Below are positions 36,144 through 48,600 of a stretch of DNA of 64,000 nucleotides, piece by piece; within the stretch, counting starts at the first letter, position 1, and each line of letters opens with the position of its first letter. Made by a program: the position numbers and the translations under genes. The stretch spans positions 11,904,001 to 11,968,000 of the forward strand of contig CAIIXF020000001.1 in NCBI GenBank assembly GCA_903813345.2, written 5' to 3'. A model generated the notes under the pieces. It did not search any database, had not been told where the DNA came from, and saw nothing but the letters and a program-made list of their open reading frames with translations. Origin of the DNA: Owenia fusiformis (lineage: Eukaryota).

Positions 36144-37492
36144 CAGGGGCGTAGGAAGGTGTAAATGCAACACTACGCCAAAAATCCCGCCAAAAAAATA
36201 TGAAACAATTGTGTCAATATTCTATAGCAAAACGCCTATATTATGCTTGTAAAACGTCATTTTATGGTAACAGAGATTTTAAGCTTGCAATGTTTTTCAC
36301 AAACTAAATGTGAACGGAAATACTTAAGCGATGCATTTATATGGGCGATTGGGCATACGTATAGGTTGGCGTTTCGATTTTATATGCAAGCTTTAAATCC
36401 CTGATACCTTTTTAATGTGCTTTAATATGTTCGAATGATTTTCATCATTTAAAATCACCTTGGAAAGCCTATCTTTTAAATCACGACACAAATCATTCTC
36501 ACTTTGCTAATGTCTCGAACGATTGAGACGACCAATTTCCAAAAAAACAATTAGAGATTTTTTAATCATTTTCGAATAATTGAATTAAGATATACAGATA
36601 TATAGTATTGTCTGATTCCATCGTGTACCATGCAATACAATACGTACAGATTAAAGAAACTAGTTTGATCAATTGATATAAAGAAACGCATTCGTGATCA
36701 ATGAAACAAATAAATACACCCACCGCAAAGGTCAAATCGAGGTCAACGTGACTTAGGGGGTGCCAAAAATGTTATAAAACAAGAATCTATTATTTTTCAA
36801 ATGAAAAAAAATAGGTAATCGCTTTTCTAGAACTGAAATCAATGGAACGTGTAATTGAATAATCAGCATTTTCAAGTTGTTTTTGTCTTTAACATCCATA
36901 TTTCAAAAAGTACTACCAATAACAATTAGTGATTTAGTAAGAAAATAGATAATTGTTGACTTAACTATAATTTCGTGTCTATGATTTTGCATAGCAACGG
37001 AATATAAATCGATAGTGAAATTGAAAAATTGGGGTAGGGGAGAATAAAAAAAATGTACATCTAAATTTAAAGAGGTTCATCATTATAATTATATGATACC
37101 ATAGTTTGCATAAGCATTACGGAAAATGCAGAAAAAATGTCAAAGGTATTTATCAAGTAGTTTTTGAAAAAAAAACAGTTTTCCTCTCAAATTCGTGAAG
37201 AGAACGCAATTCACGAATATTTGGCAAAATTGTATTCATAAGACATTCAATAGTGGCTCGATTTTCATGAAATAAAGCATGTTGCTAAGGGAATTAAATC
37301 TGTTAAATGATATTTTCCAGACAGACCAATAATGATATGGTATCCACAAAACATTTCTTTAGGCTCGAGATTACTTTTACAATTTATGAACAATGAGAAA
37401 ATATGACTAAAGAACATAGGAAAATTCTTTTTTATTCTCACTTTTCAACACTACGCACTGGCGTTTTGGCGTACATTGTTCCTACGCCACTG
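36144..37492. mobile_element. hAT-like non-autonomous element inserted in a G run
   Basis: caggggcgtaggaa / ttcctacgccactg TIRs, with poly-G on both sides. Confidence 0.75.
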
Positions 37493-37899
37493 GGGGGGGG
37501 GTAAATCTTCCTGGGCCCTGTGCTCTGAAATTAAACTCATGTTGCCTGATGGTCTCGATGAATGGCAACATTCAAAGCCTTGTTAAAGTTGAAGGAGTCA
37601 CGGAAAAAAGCATCCCCCTCACTGCTTGGCTATTAATAAGGATAAAAACATATACCCGCCCCGGGTAATTATATCCTTCTCTGGCTCCTTGTGATCCCTC
37701 CCTGATCCCCCGGGCCTGATCCCTAGCCCATATGCTATATATTCCACGGCTAGTAGCTTACTAGGTTACTAACTCGTCCACAATCGGTAAACATGATAAA
37801 GGTTATTCTTTTTGTACATTTTACATCTCTTCAATATTTGCACCTATACATTCAAGTAATCAGGAAGTTATCAAACTGTTATTTTATACGTGATTAATT

Positions 37900-38058
37900 C
37901 CCGGGAAAGGTGCGTGCCCCTGTTTAAAAAGCGCGGGTAAATGCCCGCCACCTATTTATTTGACAAAGTCTCGTTAATTCTCGCGTGTGTTCGAGCAGGA
38001 TAGAAATGGCTGCCAAGAAACAGAAAAAGATATCTCCAGAAGTCAACTAATTTAGTAG
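37900..38058 (+). promoter_or_regulatory. Candidate DNAJC14 promoter and non-coding first exon
   Basis: Locally CpG-rich (gcgcgggtaa, tctcgcgtg), YY1-like aaatggctgcc at 38004, donor-like gtaggt/gtttgt at 38055/38059. The ATG exon has a strong acceptor at 39655. Confidence 0.55.
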
Positions 38059-39675
38059 GTTTGTGTGACCTTTATTGCATATTTATTAGTGGCAAAATAT
38101 GAACATGACTTTGGTCCACATTTGTAACGTGTCTGATTACCTCTTACGCAACTGCAAAGTTACTAACTTCTCAAATGCATTGTTCAGCTTGTCAAAAATT
38201 GACAAGGAAGAAATCAGGTCAGATTTATATGATCTTGAGTCTATTGACCTTAGAATATATACACGGAAATTAACTAATCGATGCTTTCAATGTTATGTAG
38301 ATGTGATTAAAATCATCTTCACAATGGGGAAGAAATTTCTGTTCAGTAAGTGTTTTCAGTCTGTCATGACAAGAGCTCAGAGTTGGAATCTTATCCTTGA
38401 CATTTCTGCATTTGCCATGTGGTTCATTGTCATCATTATGTCTCTATATTACAATAGTTGACTTGTAGAAGAGGCATTCCTGCCCAGATGATTTTTACAT
38501 TAAAAGTGGAGTCTGTGTCATGGTATTTCAAAAAAGTGTATCCATTGGACTCTACACTTGATAAAAATAACATTTTGACACAAAAATACTCCCCTCTTAT
38601 CTTTCACTTATCAGTAATATAGAAACTTCAGATCATAAATGCAATGGTTAATTTTTTGTCAAACCTGACAGAGAACATTACGTCTAATTTAACAATATTG
38701 CAAGAGGATAATAAGTCAATTTACAACAAATATATAATATAACCATGATCATGATTCACAATTGATTCTCAGGAAAGAAAATTATTGAGGTCATCTTTTT
38801 CTATTTAGTCCCTCTTTCGATATCTTCTCCCTGTAAAAAACAAATATTGTCTGGTCTCAAATGTATGGTAGTTTGTTGCTTCACAGTTTGCTGTTTGCTA
38901 ATTTATTGGAAGCGTTTTTAATATCTCCATTCTATAATTTATAATAGAGGTCTATCTGCAGATGTCATAAATCACATTGGAATCAACTGTGATAATTGGA
39001 GTTGATGGAGAATGCAATATTACACTTCTCACATGACTGTCAGGAGGGCCTGCCTAGAGGGAATATTTTCATGAGAATAGGCAAGATGTGATTTATCTCA
39101 AATGATATGCTTTCATTTGAAGCATCTGGATATCTATTTCGATTTAAATTTAACACAAACTAATTTCTATTGTTGCTTTTTAGCCATGACCTTATTGCCA
39201 TGACAACAATTTTTTATTCTTGATTTTATTCTCAATGCTTGGAAAAAATTAATGTTGTGCCAAATTGTTTTTCGACAGGTTATTGTTCACTAATATTTTT
39301 CATATGAGTACAAGCTCAGTCTTAAATTATGAAACTTTCAATTCACCTTTTACTGAATAATTTTGTCATTTATTCTTACTGCAAACTTTGAAAAGGAACA
39401 AACTACTGCAGTCTGACAATGCTTGGGTTTTTGGCATTTTAAGAAATCGGTCATCTTCATTAAAGTAGGTGCTACACCCATGTATCCCTTTCAGATCTCA
39501 ATAATAGGTGTTGGCTCAGCCTAACCATTTGTGCCCACTTGATAAAAATCCTGAAAAATTGGCATGTATTGATCAATTTGTGAAAATGACAATTTCTATA
39601 CAAATCTGAAACACAGCAAAGCTTTTGGTCTAAATTCTTTTTTTTTGTTCTGTAGGGATTCACAATACAAAGAAA

Positions 39676-42600
39676 ATGGCTGAAGAGCTGACTCATGATG
39701 AAAATTTGACCCCGGAACATCAATTGCTGGGTGATTTATTGAAGGATGCCGGATCTCCATCTATGTGCAACTTGACGTCTCAAACTGAAGGCACATCAAC
39801 ATATCAGTCTTGGTCACCATTCCTTACCTCTACCCAAACTGGACAGTTTGATTTTGGTCAAGGTACAGAGGCATCAGCTTGGGCAAATTTTCAGCTCCCC
39901 GATGAGAGTCCTCTTAATCTGCCTGGTGCACAATCCAGCAGACTCGGCTCTTATGAGGACTATATCGCATCATTAAGCCAGGCAGATTCTAACTCTGAAC
40001 ATGGCTCGGAAAGTGGTAACAACTTCTATGGCTTTTACCCTAGCACAATAGATGGCTTGGCATCTGGTATGGAAGCTAGTGCTGCCAATGGAAGGGATTT
40101 GTATGCGGAGGCTATGCAGCAGTATAACTGCTACAATACTCAATATGATCCGTTTGGGTCTTCGGCTGTACTTCAAGATCTCACTGATGCAACTACTAAA
40201 ACTCATAGCTCAGCTGCGAAACCTAAAACATATTCTGATGTTGCCAAAAACGCAGCAACCAAGCAACCAAAGATAGCCAGTGGTGGAGGTACTAAGATAC
40301 CTGATGGGGGTAGCAAAGCTGGCACTGGGGCTCCACCAATGATGAGGCCTGCAGCAATTCCCAGGCATTTCATTAAGCAGAAGAAACCACGTGGCTTTTT
40401 CTTTCCTAAAGCGAGACATACATCCATGAGTGAAGATCTACCAATCCCTACTGTGAAACCTGATTCTAAGTATGGACTTGATAGCTTCGATGACTTCCCT
40501 GTTACTGGCCCTGCCAAAGAGAGAGCTAAACTGACTAAGACACAGTCGGCCGAGGAGCTACCCATAAGTCGCAAAGGAAGCACTAGTAGTGTGAGTAGCA
40601 GCAGTGGGATAGAAGATATCATCACCCCAATAGTTAAGCCAACAACCAGTCCTGGGGAGGGAAACCCACAACCCGTATCACGGAAATCCAAACAGAAAGA
40701 ATCGGCCAGCAAGTCCAAGCAGCAGCAGCAGCAGCCAAGTAAGGTTTTCTTTGACCCTAGACGTATGTTCCCTGATCAAAGTACGAGAGGGGGATCTAGT
40801 AATGGCAAAGAAGAAAAGCATTCAATCCCAAATAACCAACACTCTAAGGCACCTGAAGATGGCCATATGTTGAATAATGGTAAACTGAACAGCAACTTGA
40901 TGAAATCCAATGGAAATGTAAAGAAGAACTCGCAGACATACATTAACAACGACCTCAGAAATAAAACAGACAACAAGAAGCAGACCAACACAGAGAGCAG
41001 GGGGTCACCATACAATGATAAGCCAGGAACTGGTATGAAGACAACTCACACTACCACTGGGGATGTACACAATAATAACGTACCAAAACCAGAGGCTGTC
41101 AAGAAGAAAAAGAAACAGAAAGGTCATGATTATATAGGTGAGTTCAATGTCTACTATTCATTTAACTAAAACTGCAAATTATGAAATCGCAGTGATTTAA
41201 TGTGGCAGTTAATTGCATCTCAACTGTGCACAATGTTGTACAAAACACCATTTGAAAATCAATTATGCCAATCTCCCTCTACTTCCCTCTCTAACTCTGC
41301 CATTTGCAGCCTAGCTTCTTATAGGTTTGTAGCAACAAAATCACTGGTTGATTAGCACATTTCTTTACACTTGGTACAAATAAATAGCTAGAGGGTTAAC
41401 ATTTCGAAATAAGGATATAGGTACCAGAAAATGTGTTTACGTCAGAGATGTTAATTTAAAAGTCACTTTGTGTTATAAAGCTAAATGTTTGCTTTGGTTA
41501 TCATTGAACAGTGTAGCGTACAGCTATTTTTAAACAGCATGGTTGCATTAGTGCATGTATCTTAAATTAATTATAACCCTTTAATCATATATCATATATC
41601 AGCTTTGTGATACATGTAAATATATCACATTTGTACAATATAGTTTACCGTTTATTCAGTTTACTGTACTAGGAATGCCATGCTGGATATTATTGAATAA
41701 ATTCTTAACAATCTGATTGTTACAGTGTTATAATTAAATAAATGGCTCTTGACTTAAAAAGATTTATAAAAGTTAAATTTTAACTATGTATACATGTCAT
41801 GTACCAGTATGTAGCTTTAATGTTACAACTCTTCAGTTTAGAAATAATTGTGCTCCCAAACATATCATTTACATAGAGGTTTTCAACAGAACTGGCTTTA
41901 TTAAATATTATTTTATTTGTCACATAATAACTTTAGTTATACAGGCTCACACATATTAAAAACTAGATTTCTCTAAATCTCAAAGTTGTTGATGTAATGT
42001 TTTTGAAGTACACCACTGCTTCACATTTCAAACATTACATTTGACCCATACAGAAAATTAGTAAAATCTCATCTGTGCATCCAGGTCAGCATCGGGTCGA
42101 ATTTGAAATAGAAGGTGATTTTAAAACAGCATTTGGTCAGTTTGAAGCAAGTTGAAAATGACGATTTTTACCCTATTTACTGAAATATTTACTGAAACGT
42201 TTATCGAGATTTAGCTGTAGGAATTTGTAGGGAATGTTTTCAGGATGTTTCACTTTATTCATAGCTCTTCAAACACAGAAACCTTTAATTTGACCTAGAT
42301 TTAGATGTTTGACCTTGACCATGATACAAATAATTTCCCAGCAAGTCTACCCCAGGTCCCTGTTATTAGCAGCATAGGGTTAATAGCTGAAACCTAGCTA
42401 GTAATATGAGGAAAGAGACAGAAGAATGAATAAATGATTAATTAAAGTAATATTTTTAAGAGGGCCTCCTCTTGCTAATAAGAGATACATCTATAATATA
42501 TGTAAAATGTAATGAATATATATGTATACTGTACAGTAGCTGTAATCAGTTAGTGGTATCCTACCACTGAGAAAATATAATCATTGGTCACAAAATAGTA

Positions 42601-45600
42601 GGTTAATAATCCAGTAGCCGACAGCCGAGAGTTGCATTCGCAAATACAAGCTTTGTGTCACAGATTCATTTCATGACAAAAATACCTGCAGTCAATACTG
42701 GCTAATGATAATATGAACAATTGATTTCTGTCTCTTCTTAAAGCTATGAGAGAATGTAAAGATTAGGAATCCATTTCTTAAACCTTCCATCGGGTCATGT
42801 TTATACTGATGTTATAAATCTGTACTTCTAATAATAAATTGTTATTTGCATTGCATTTGTATATTTGTTTGAAAGAAAGCCAATACAATTGTGAACTCAG
42901 AATGAAACCAAACATCCTAATTACATGGCTTTGCCAAATACAAGTATAATCTTGCTGTTGTATCAATGTAAATAGAAGAAGAAATATTAAGATTGTCCCC
43001 CAGCATTTAAACTATCATATGCTTTCCTATCTAGCTTTGAAATCTCTTTGAGGTCTCATTTCTACTGATTATCCCACCGAACGAAGTTCGAGGAGGATAT
43101 AGAAAAGCCATCCGTCCGTCCGTTCGTGTGTCCGGGCAATAACTCAAATACCGGTTGACGGATTTCATTCAATTTTATAGACTTATGCCTTATGGGTGAA
43201 GGACCTCTGCTCGATAAGGAATTTTCAATATGGCTACTAAATTCAAAATGGCGGCCATTTTTCAGAAAAAATATAATCTTTGTTTACTCAAATACTGGTG
43301 GATGGATTTGGTTCAAATGTTATATGCTGTTGCCCAGGTACAAAGGAGCCTTGCTGAAGAAGACATTTTCAAGATGGCCACCATATTTCAAAATGGCGGC
43401 CATTTTTTGTAAAAAAACGTTATCTTTGATAACTCAAGTACCATAGAATGGATTTGGATCAAATTTTATATGCTGTTGCCTGGGTACAAAGGAGCCTTGC
43501 TCAAGAAGACATTTTCAAGATGGCCACCATATTTCAAAATGCCGGCCATTTTTGTAAAAAAAGTTATCTTTGATAGCTCAAATACCATTGAATGGGTTTG
43601 GTTCAAATTTTACATGCTGATGTCTAGGGACATTGACCAAAGCTCTGTTCGAGAAGGGATTTTCAAGATGGCAGCTAAATTTCAAAATGGCCGCCATTTT
43701 TCATAAAAGAATGTAACCTTTGATAACTAAAGTACCAGTTGGCGGATTTGGATTAAATGTATATGCTGATGCCTTTGGACAAGAGAGCTCTGCTAAAGGA
43801 GAAATCTAAAGATGACAGCTGAATTTCAAAATGGCAACCATGTTTCATGAAAACACAATCTTTGATAATTCAAATACCAGTGGATGAATTTGGCTCAAAT
43901 TTTATATGGCCGCTGTTTACCAAAACATGTTTTGTTCGGTGGGATTTGCTACTCCGTGGAGTTGCTGTTTTTCTAGTTTTAATATTTTTGCATGTTTAAC
44001 CATAAAGACTTCTTTTTGCAAATAAGGTTTTACATTAATCCCATAAATTAAATAATTAAGTGACTTGTGTCAGTTGTCAGTATCATGAAATGGTTTCTTG
44101 CCCAACCAAAACACTATTGCCATCTATTTGGCAAAGGCGAATCATCTTTTTTTGAAATTTGCTTCATAAAAAGCAGCCTTACCATCTACCTACCCACTAA
44201 ACGTAAGCGATTTCACATAGAATTTGCTATAAATCACGAGCTACTGCCTAGAACAAGTACTTTCCTGAACCATTTTGAATTGCATATTTTTGGTTTTTCT
44301 ATGTACAAAACATTAAAACACAAGTGTGATAAATTACATTTATTTGTTGTGGCAAGGCAAGGGAATGGAGCAAGTGGCTGATTGGTATATTTATAAAACA
44401 TTAAAATGAGTGTATTAAATTGCAGGTATTTGTTGTGGCAAGGCAAGGGAATGGACCAAGTGGCTGATTGGTATATTTATAAAACATTAAAACGAGTGTA
44501 TTAAATTGCAGGTAGTTGTTGTGGCAAGGCAAGGGAATGGAGCAAGTGGCTGATTGGTATATTTATAAAACATTAAAACGAGTGTATTAGATCTAAATTG
44601 CAGGTAGTTGTTGTGGCAAGGCAAGGGAATGGAGCAAGTGGCTGATTGGTATATTTATAAAACATTAAAACGAGTGTATTAAATTGCAGGTATTTGTTGT
44701 GGCAAGGCAAGCGAATGGAGGAAGTGGCTGATTGGTATATTTATAAAACATTAAAATGAGTGTATTAAATTGCAGTTATTTGTTGTGGCAAGGCAAGGGA
44801 ATGGAGCAAGTGGCTGATTGGTATATTTATAAAAACATTAAAACGAGTGTATTAAATTGCAGGTAGTTGTGGCAAGGCAAGGGAATGGAGCAAGTGGCTG
44901 ATTGGTATATTTATAAAACATTAAAACGAGTGTATTAGATCTAAATTGCAGGTAGTTGTTGTGGCAAGGCAAGGGAATGGAGCAAGTGGCTGATTGGTAT
45001 ATTTATAAAACATTAAAACGAGTGTATTACATTGCAGGTATTTGTTGTGGCAAGGCAAGGGAATGGATCAGGTGGCTGATTGGTATATTTATAAAACATT
45101 AAAACGAGTGTATTAAATTGCAGGTAGTTGTTGTGGCAAGGCAAGAGAATGGAGCAAGTGGCTGATTGGTATATTTATAAAACATTAAAACGAGTGTATT
45201 GAATTGCAGGTAGTTGTTGTGGCAAGGCAAGAGAATGGAGCAAGTGGCTGATTGGTATATTTATAAAACATTAAAATGAGTGTATTGAATTGCAGGTAGT
45301 TGTTGTGGCAAGGCAAGGGAATGGAGCAAGTGGCTGATTGGTATATTTATAAAACATTAAAACGAGTGTATTAGATCTAAATTGCAGGTAGTTGTTGTGG
45401 CAAGGCAAGAGAATGGAGCAAGTGGCTGATTGGTATATTTATAAAACATTAAAACGAGTGTATTAAATTGCAGGTAGTTGTTGTGGCAAGGCAAGAGAAT
45501 GGAGCAAGTGGCTGATTGGTATATTTATAAAACATTAAAACGAGTGTATTAGATCTAAATTGCAGGTATTTGTTGTGGCAAGGCAAGAGAATGGAGCAAG

Positions 45601-48600
45601 TGGCTAATTGGTATATTTATAAAACATTAAAATGAGTGTATTGAATTGCAGGTAGTTGTTGTGGCAAGGCAAGAGAATGGAGCAAGTGGCTGATTGGTAT
45701 ATTTATAAAACATTAAAACAAGTGTATTAAATTGCAGGTAGTTGTTGTGGCAAGGCAAGGGAATGGATCAAGTGGCTGATTGGTATATTTATAAAACATT
45801 AAAACGAGTGTATTAGATCTAAATTGCAGGTAGTTGTTGTGGCAAGGCAAGGGAATGGAGCAAGTGGCTGATTGGTATATTTATAAAACATTAAAACGAG
45901 TGTATTAAATTGCAGGTATTTGTTGTGGCAAGGCAAGCGAATGGAGGAAGTGGCTGATTGGTATATTTATAAAACATTAAAATGAGTGTATTAAATTGCA
46001 GTTATTTGTTGTGGCAAGGCAAGGGAATGGAGCAAGTGGCTGATTGGTATATTTATAAAAACATTAAAACAAGTGTATTATTTGCAGGTAGTTGTGGCAA
46101 GGCAAGAGAATGGAGCAAGTGGCTGATTGGTATATTTATAAAACATTAAAATGAGTGTATTAAATTGCAGTTATTTGTTGTGGCAAGGCAAGGGAATGGA
46201 GCAAGTGGCTGATTGGTATATTTATAAAACATTAAAACGAGTGTATTAAATTGCAGGTATTTGTTGTGGCAAGGCAAGCGAATGGAGGAAGTGGCTGATT
46301 GGTATATTTATAAAACATTAAAATGAGTGTATTAAATTGCAGTTATTTGTTGTGGCAAGGCAAGGGAATGGAGCAAGTGACTGATTGGTATATTTATAAA
46401 AACATTAAAACGAGTGTATTGAATTGCAGGTAGTTGTGGCAAGGCAAGGGAATGGACCAAGTGGCTGATTGGTATATTTATAAAACATTAAAATGAGTGT
46501 ATTAAATTGCAGTTATTTGTTGTGGCAAGGCAAGGGAATGGAGCAAGTGGCTGATTGGTATATTTATAAAACATTAAAATGAGTGTATTAAATTGCAGGT
46601 AGTTGTGGCAAGGCAAGGGAATGGAACAAGTGGCTGATTGGTATATTTATAAAACATTAAAATGAGTGTATTAAATTGCAGGTAGTTGTGGCAAGGCAAG
46701 GGAATGGAACAAGTGGCTGATTGGTATATTTATAAAAACATTAAAATGAGTGTATTAAATTGCAGTTATTTGTTGTGGCAAGGCAAGGGAATGGAGCAAG
46801 TGGCTGATTGGTATATTTATAAAACATTAAAACAAGTGTATTAAATTGCAGGTAGTTGTGGCAAGGCAAGGGAATGGAGCAAGTGCCTGATTGGTATATT
46901 TATAAAACATTAAAACGAGTATATTAAATTGCAGGTATTTGTTGTGGCAAGGCAAGGGAATGGAGCAAGTGGCTGATTGGTATATTTATAAAACATCAAA
47001 ACGAGTATATTAAATTGCAGGTATTTGTTGTGGCAAGGCAAGGGAATGGAGCAAGTGGCTGATTGGTATATTTATAAAACATTAAAACGAGTGTATCGAA
47101 TTACATGTATTTGTTGTGGCAAGGCAAGGGAATTGACCAAGTGGCTGATAGGTATATTTATAAAACATTAAAAGGAGTGTATTAAATTGCAGGTATTTGT
47201 TGTGGCAAGGCAAGGGAATGGAGCAAGTGGCTGATTGGTATATTTATAAAACATTAAAACGAGTGTATTGAATTGATTGCAGGTAGGGGAAGATCACCTA
47301 ATTCCATCCAATTTTTTCTATTTTTCTTTTTATTGAAAAACACGGCGAAGATTATCAAAACCGCTTGAAAACTATATGAAACATCAATAAAACTAACATT
47401 ATTTGTGGGGTCTCGTTTCAAATCATCCCTGTTTGATTGGTTAATATCATAGAAAAGGTGGACAATTGCGTTTCCTAATCCCGTCCACCTGTCCTAATCC
47501 CGTCCACCAAACAGTCCTAATTCCAGCCAGCCAACAACCTAATGCCGTCCACGTGATTAATTACCGTGATTCTCAATAAGTTTACATCTATTACCCAATA
47601 TTTGTTCATTCCCTAACCATTTATACTATGGTATGTTACCCTACGGTGTTATAACTGAATGACTTATTCATATTTTTGTTACAGCGCAGCCAGAGTGGTG
47701 ATATATTCGTTATAGTATCTAAGTTTAGGAAACATTGTTCGGCGGTTGGGATTTCTCACTTGTAACAAATTGCCGGTGACATTTGGCTTGTTGTAATAAG
47801 GCCTACAATTTGTTAGATAACGTATTTAGCAAACATGTTGTCAGTTTATATTCCTTTAAGGATCAGATGATAAGGTCCCCGTAGTGTTAAAACCTGAGGC
47901 CCAGGAATACGTTAAAAATGTTTAAAATGTCCGCTAGTGTTCTGAGATGTTAATGCGTGGTGTATACATGTATATTATACTAGATTACTTACATGTATAA
48001 GAATAAGACTGATTTTTATAAGCTAAATGGATAATAATTCTTTTTATTAATGACAGTATACCCGGGCCTCAGGTTAAAACAATGTACGCCAATGCCAAGT
48101 GTTAACAAGCAAGGGTAAAAATTGAACAGGCCTACACCTACCTTAAGTTCTCAAGTCAAATTGTCAAACTCACAATGGGTTCACACTGCGACAGCATACT
48201 ATTTTCTCAAAGTTATGTATCATCGTATTACGAAATAATGGAATCTGACAATACTATAGTTGTATACCATACCTGTAGGTCATGTAGGTATCATGATGAT
48301 TAAAAATCGTAGTATCTGGAATATAGTTTTACTGCTGTGAAAAGTGCTCGTCTATAAAGCAATCCTTTTTATTGGAAAACAAAGTCAGGTTGAGTTCTGT
48401 CAAGATTTCCAAAATCGTCGTTCAATAATGATTTAAATGTCAAAAAACATTTGATCGTTTTAAGCACACAATTATAGTTGCAATAGATGCATTTAATTTA
48501 TTACCATTTGGATCTGGGACACTGATATTTCCCAATGGTTCCATTAACAAATATATTTAATAGTCCAACAATCTGACTATACGATACCATACACTGACAC

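Noticed and set aside
40203-40718. 171-aa antisense ORF and other overlapping ORFs in the large DNAJC14 exon
   Set aside because: Shadow of the sense coding frame, with no independent motifs or gene structure.
44330-47285. Regular repeat array superficially like a CRISPR array
   Set aside because: No unique spacers, no cas genes, eukaryotic intron context, and the unit is a copy of the neighbouring splice junction.
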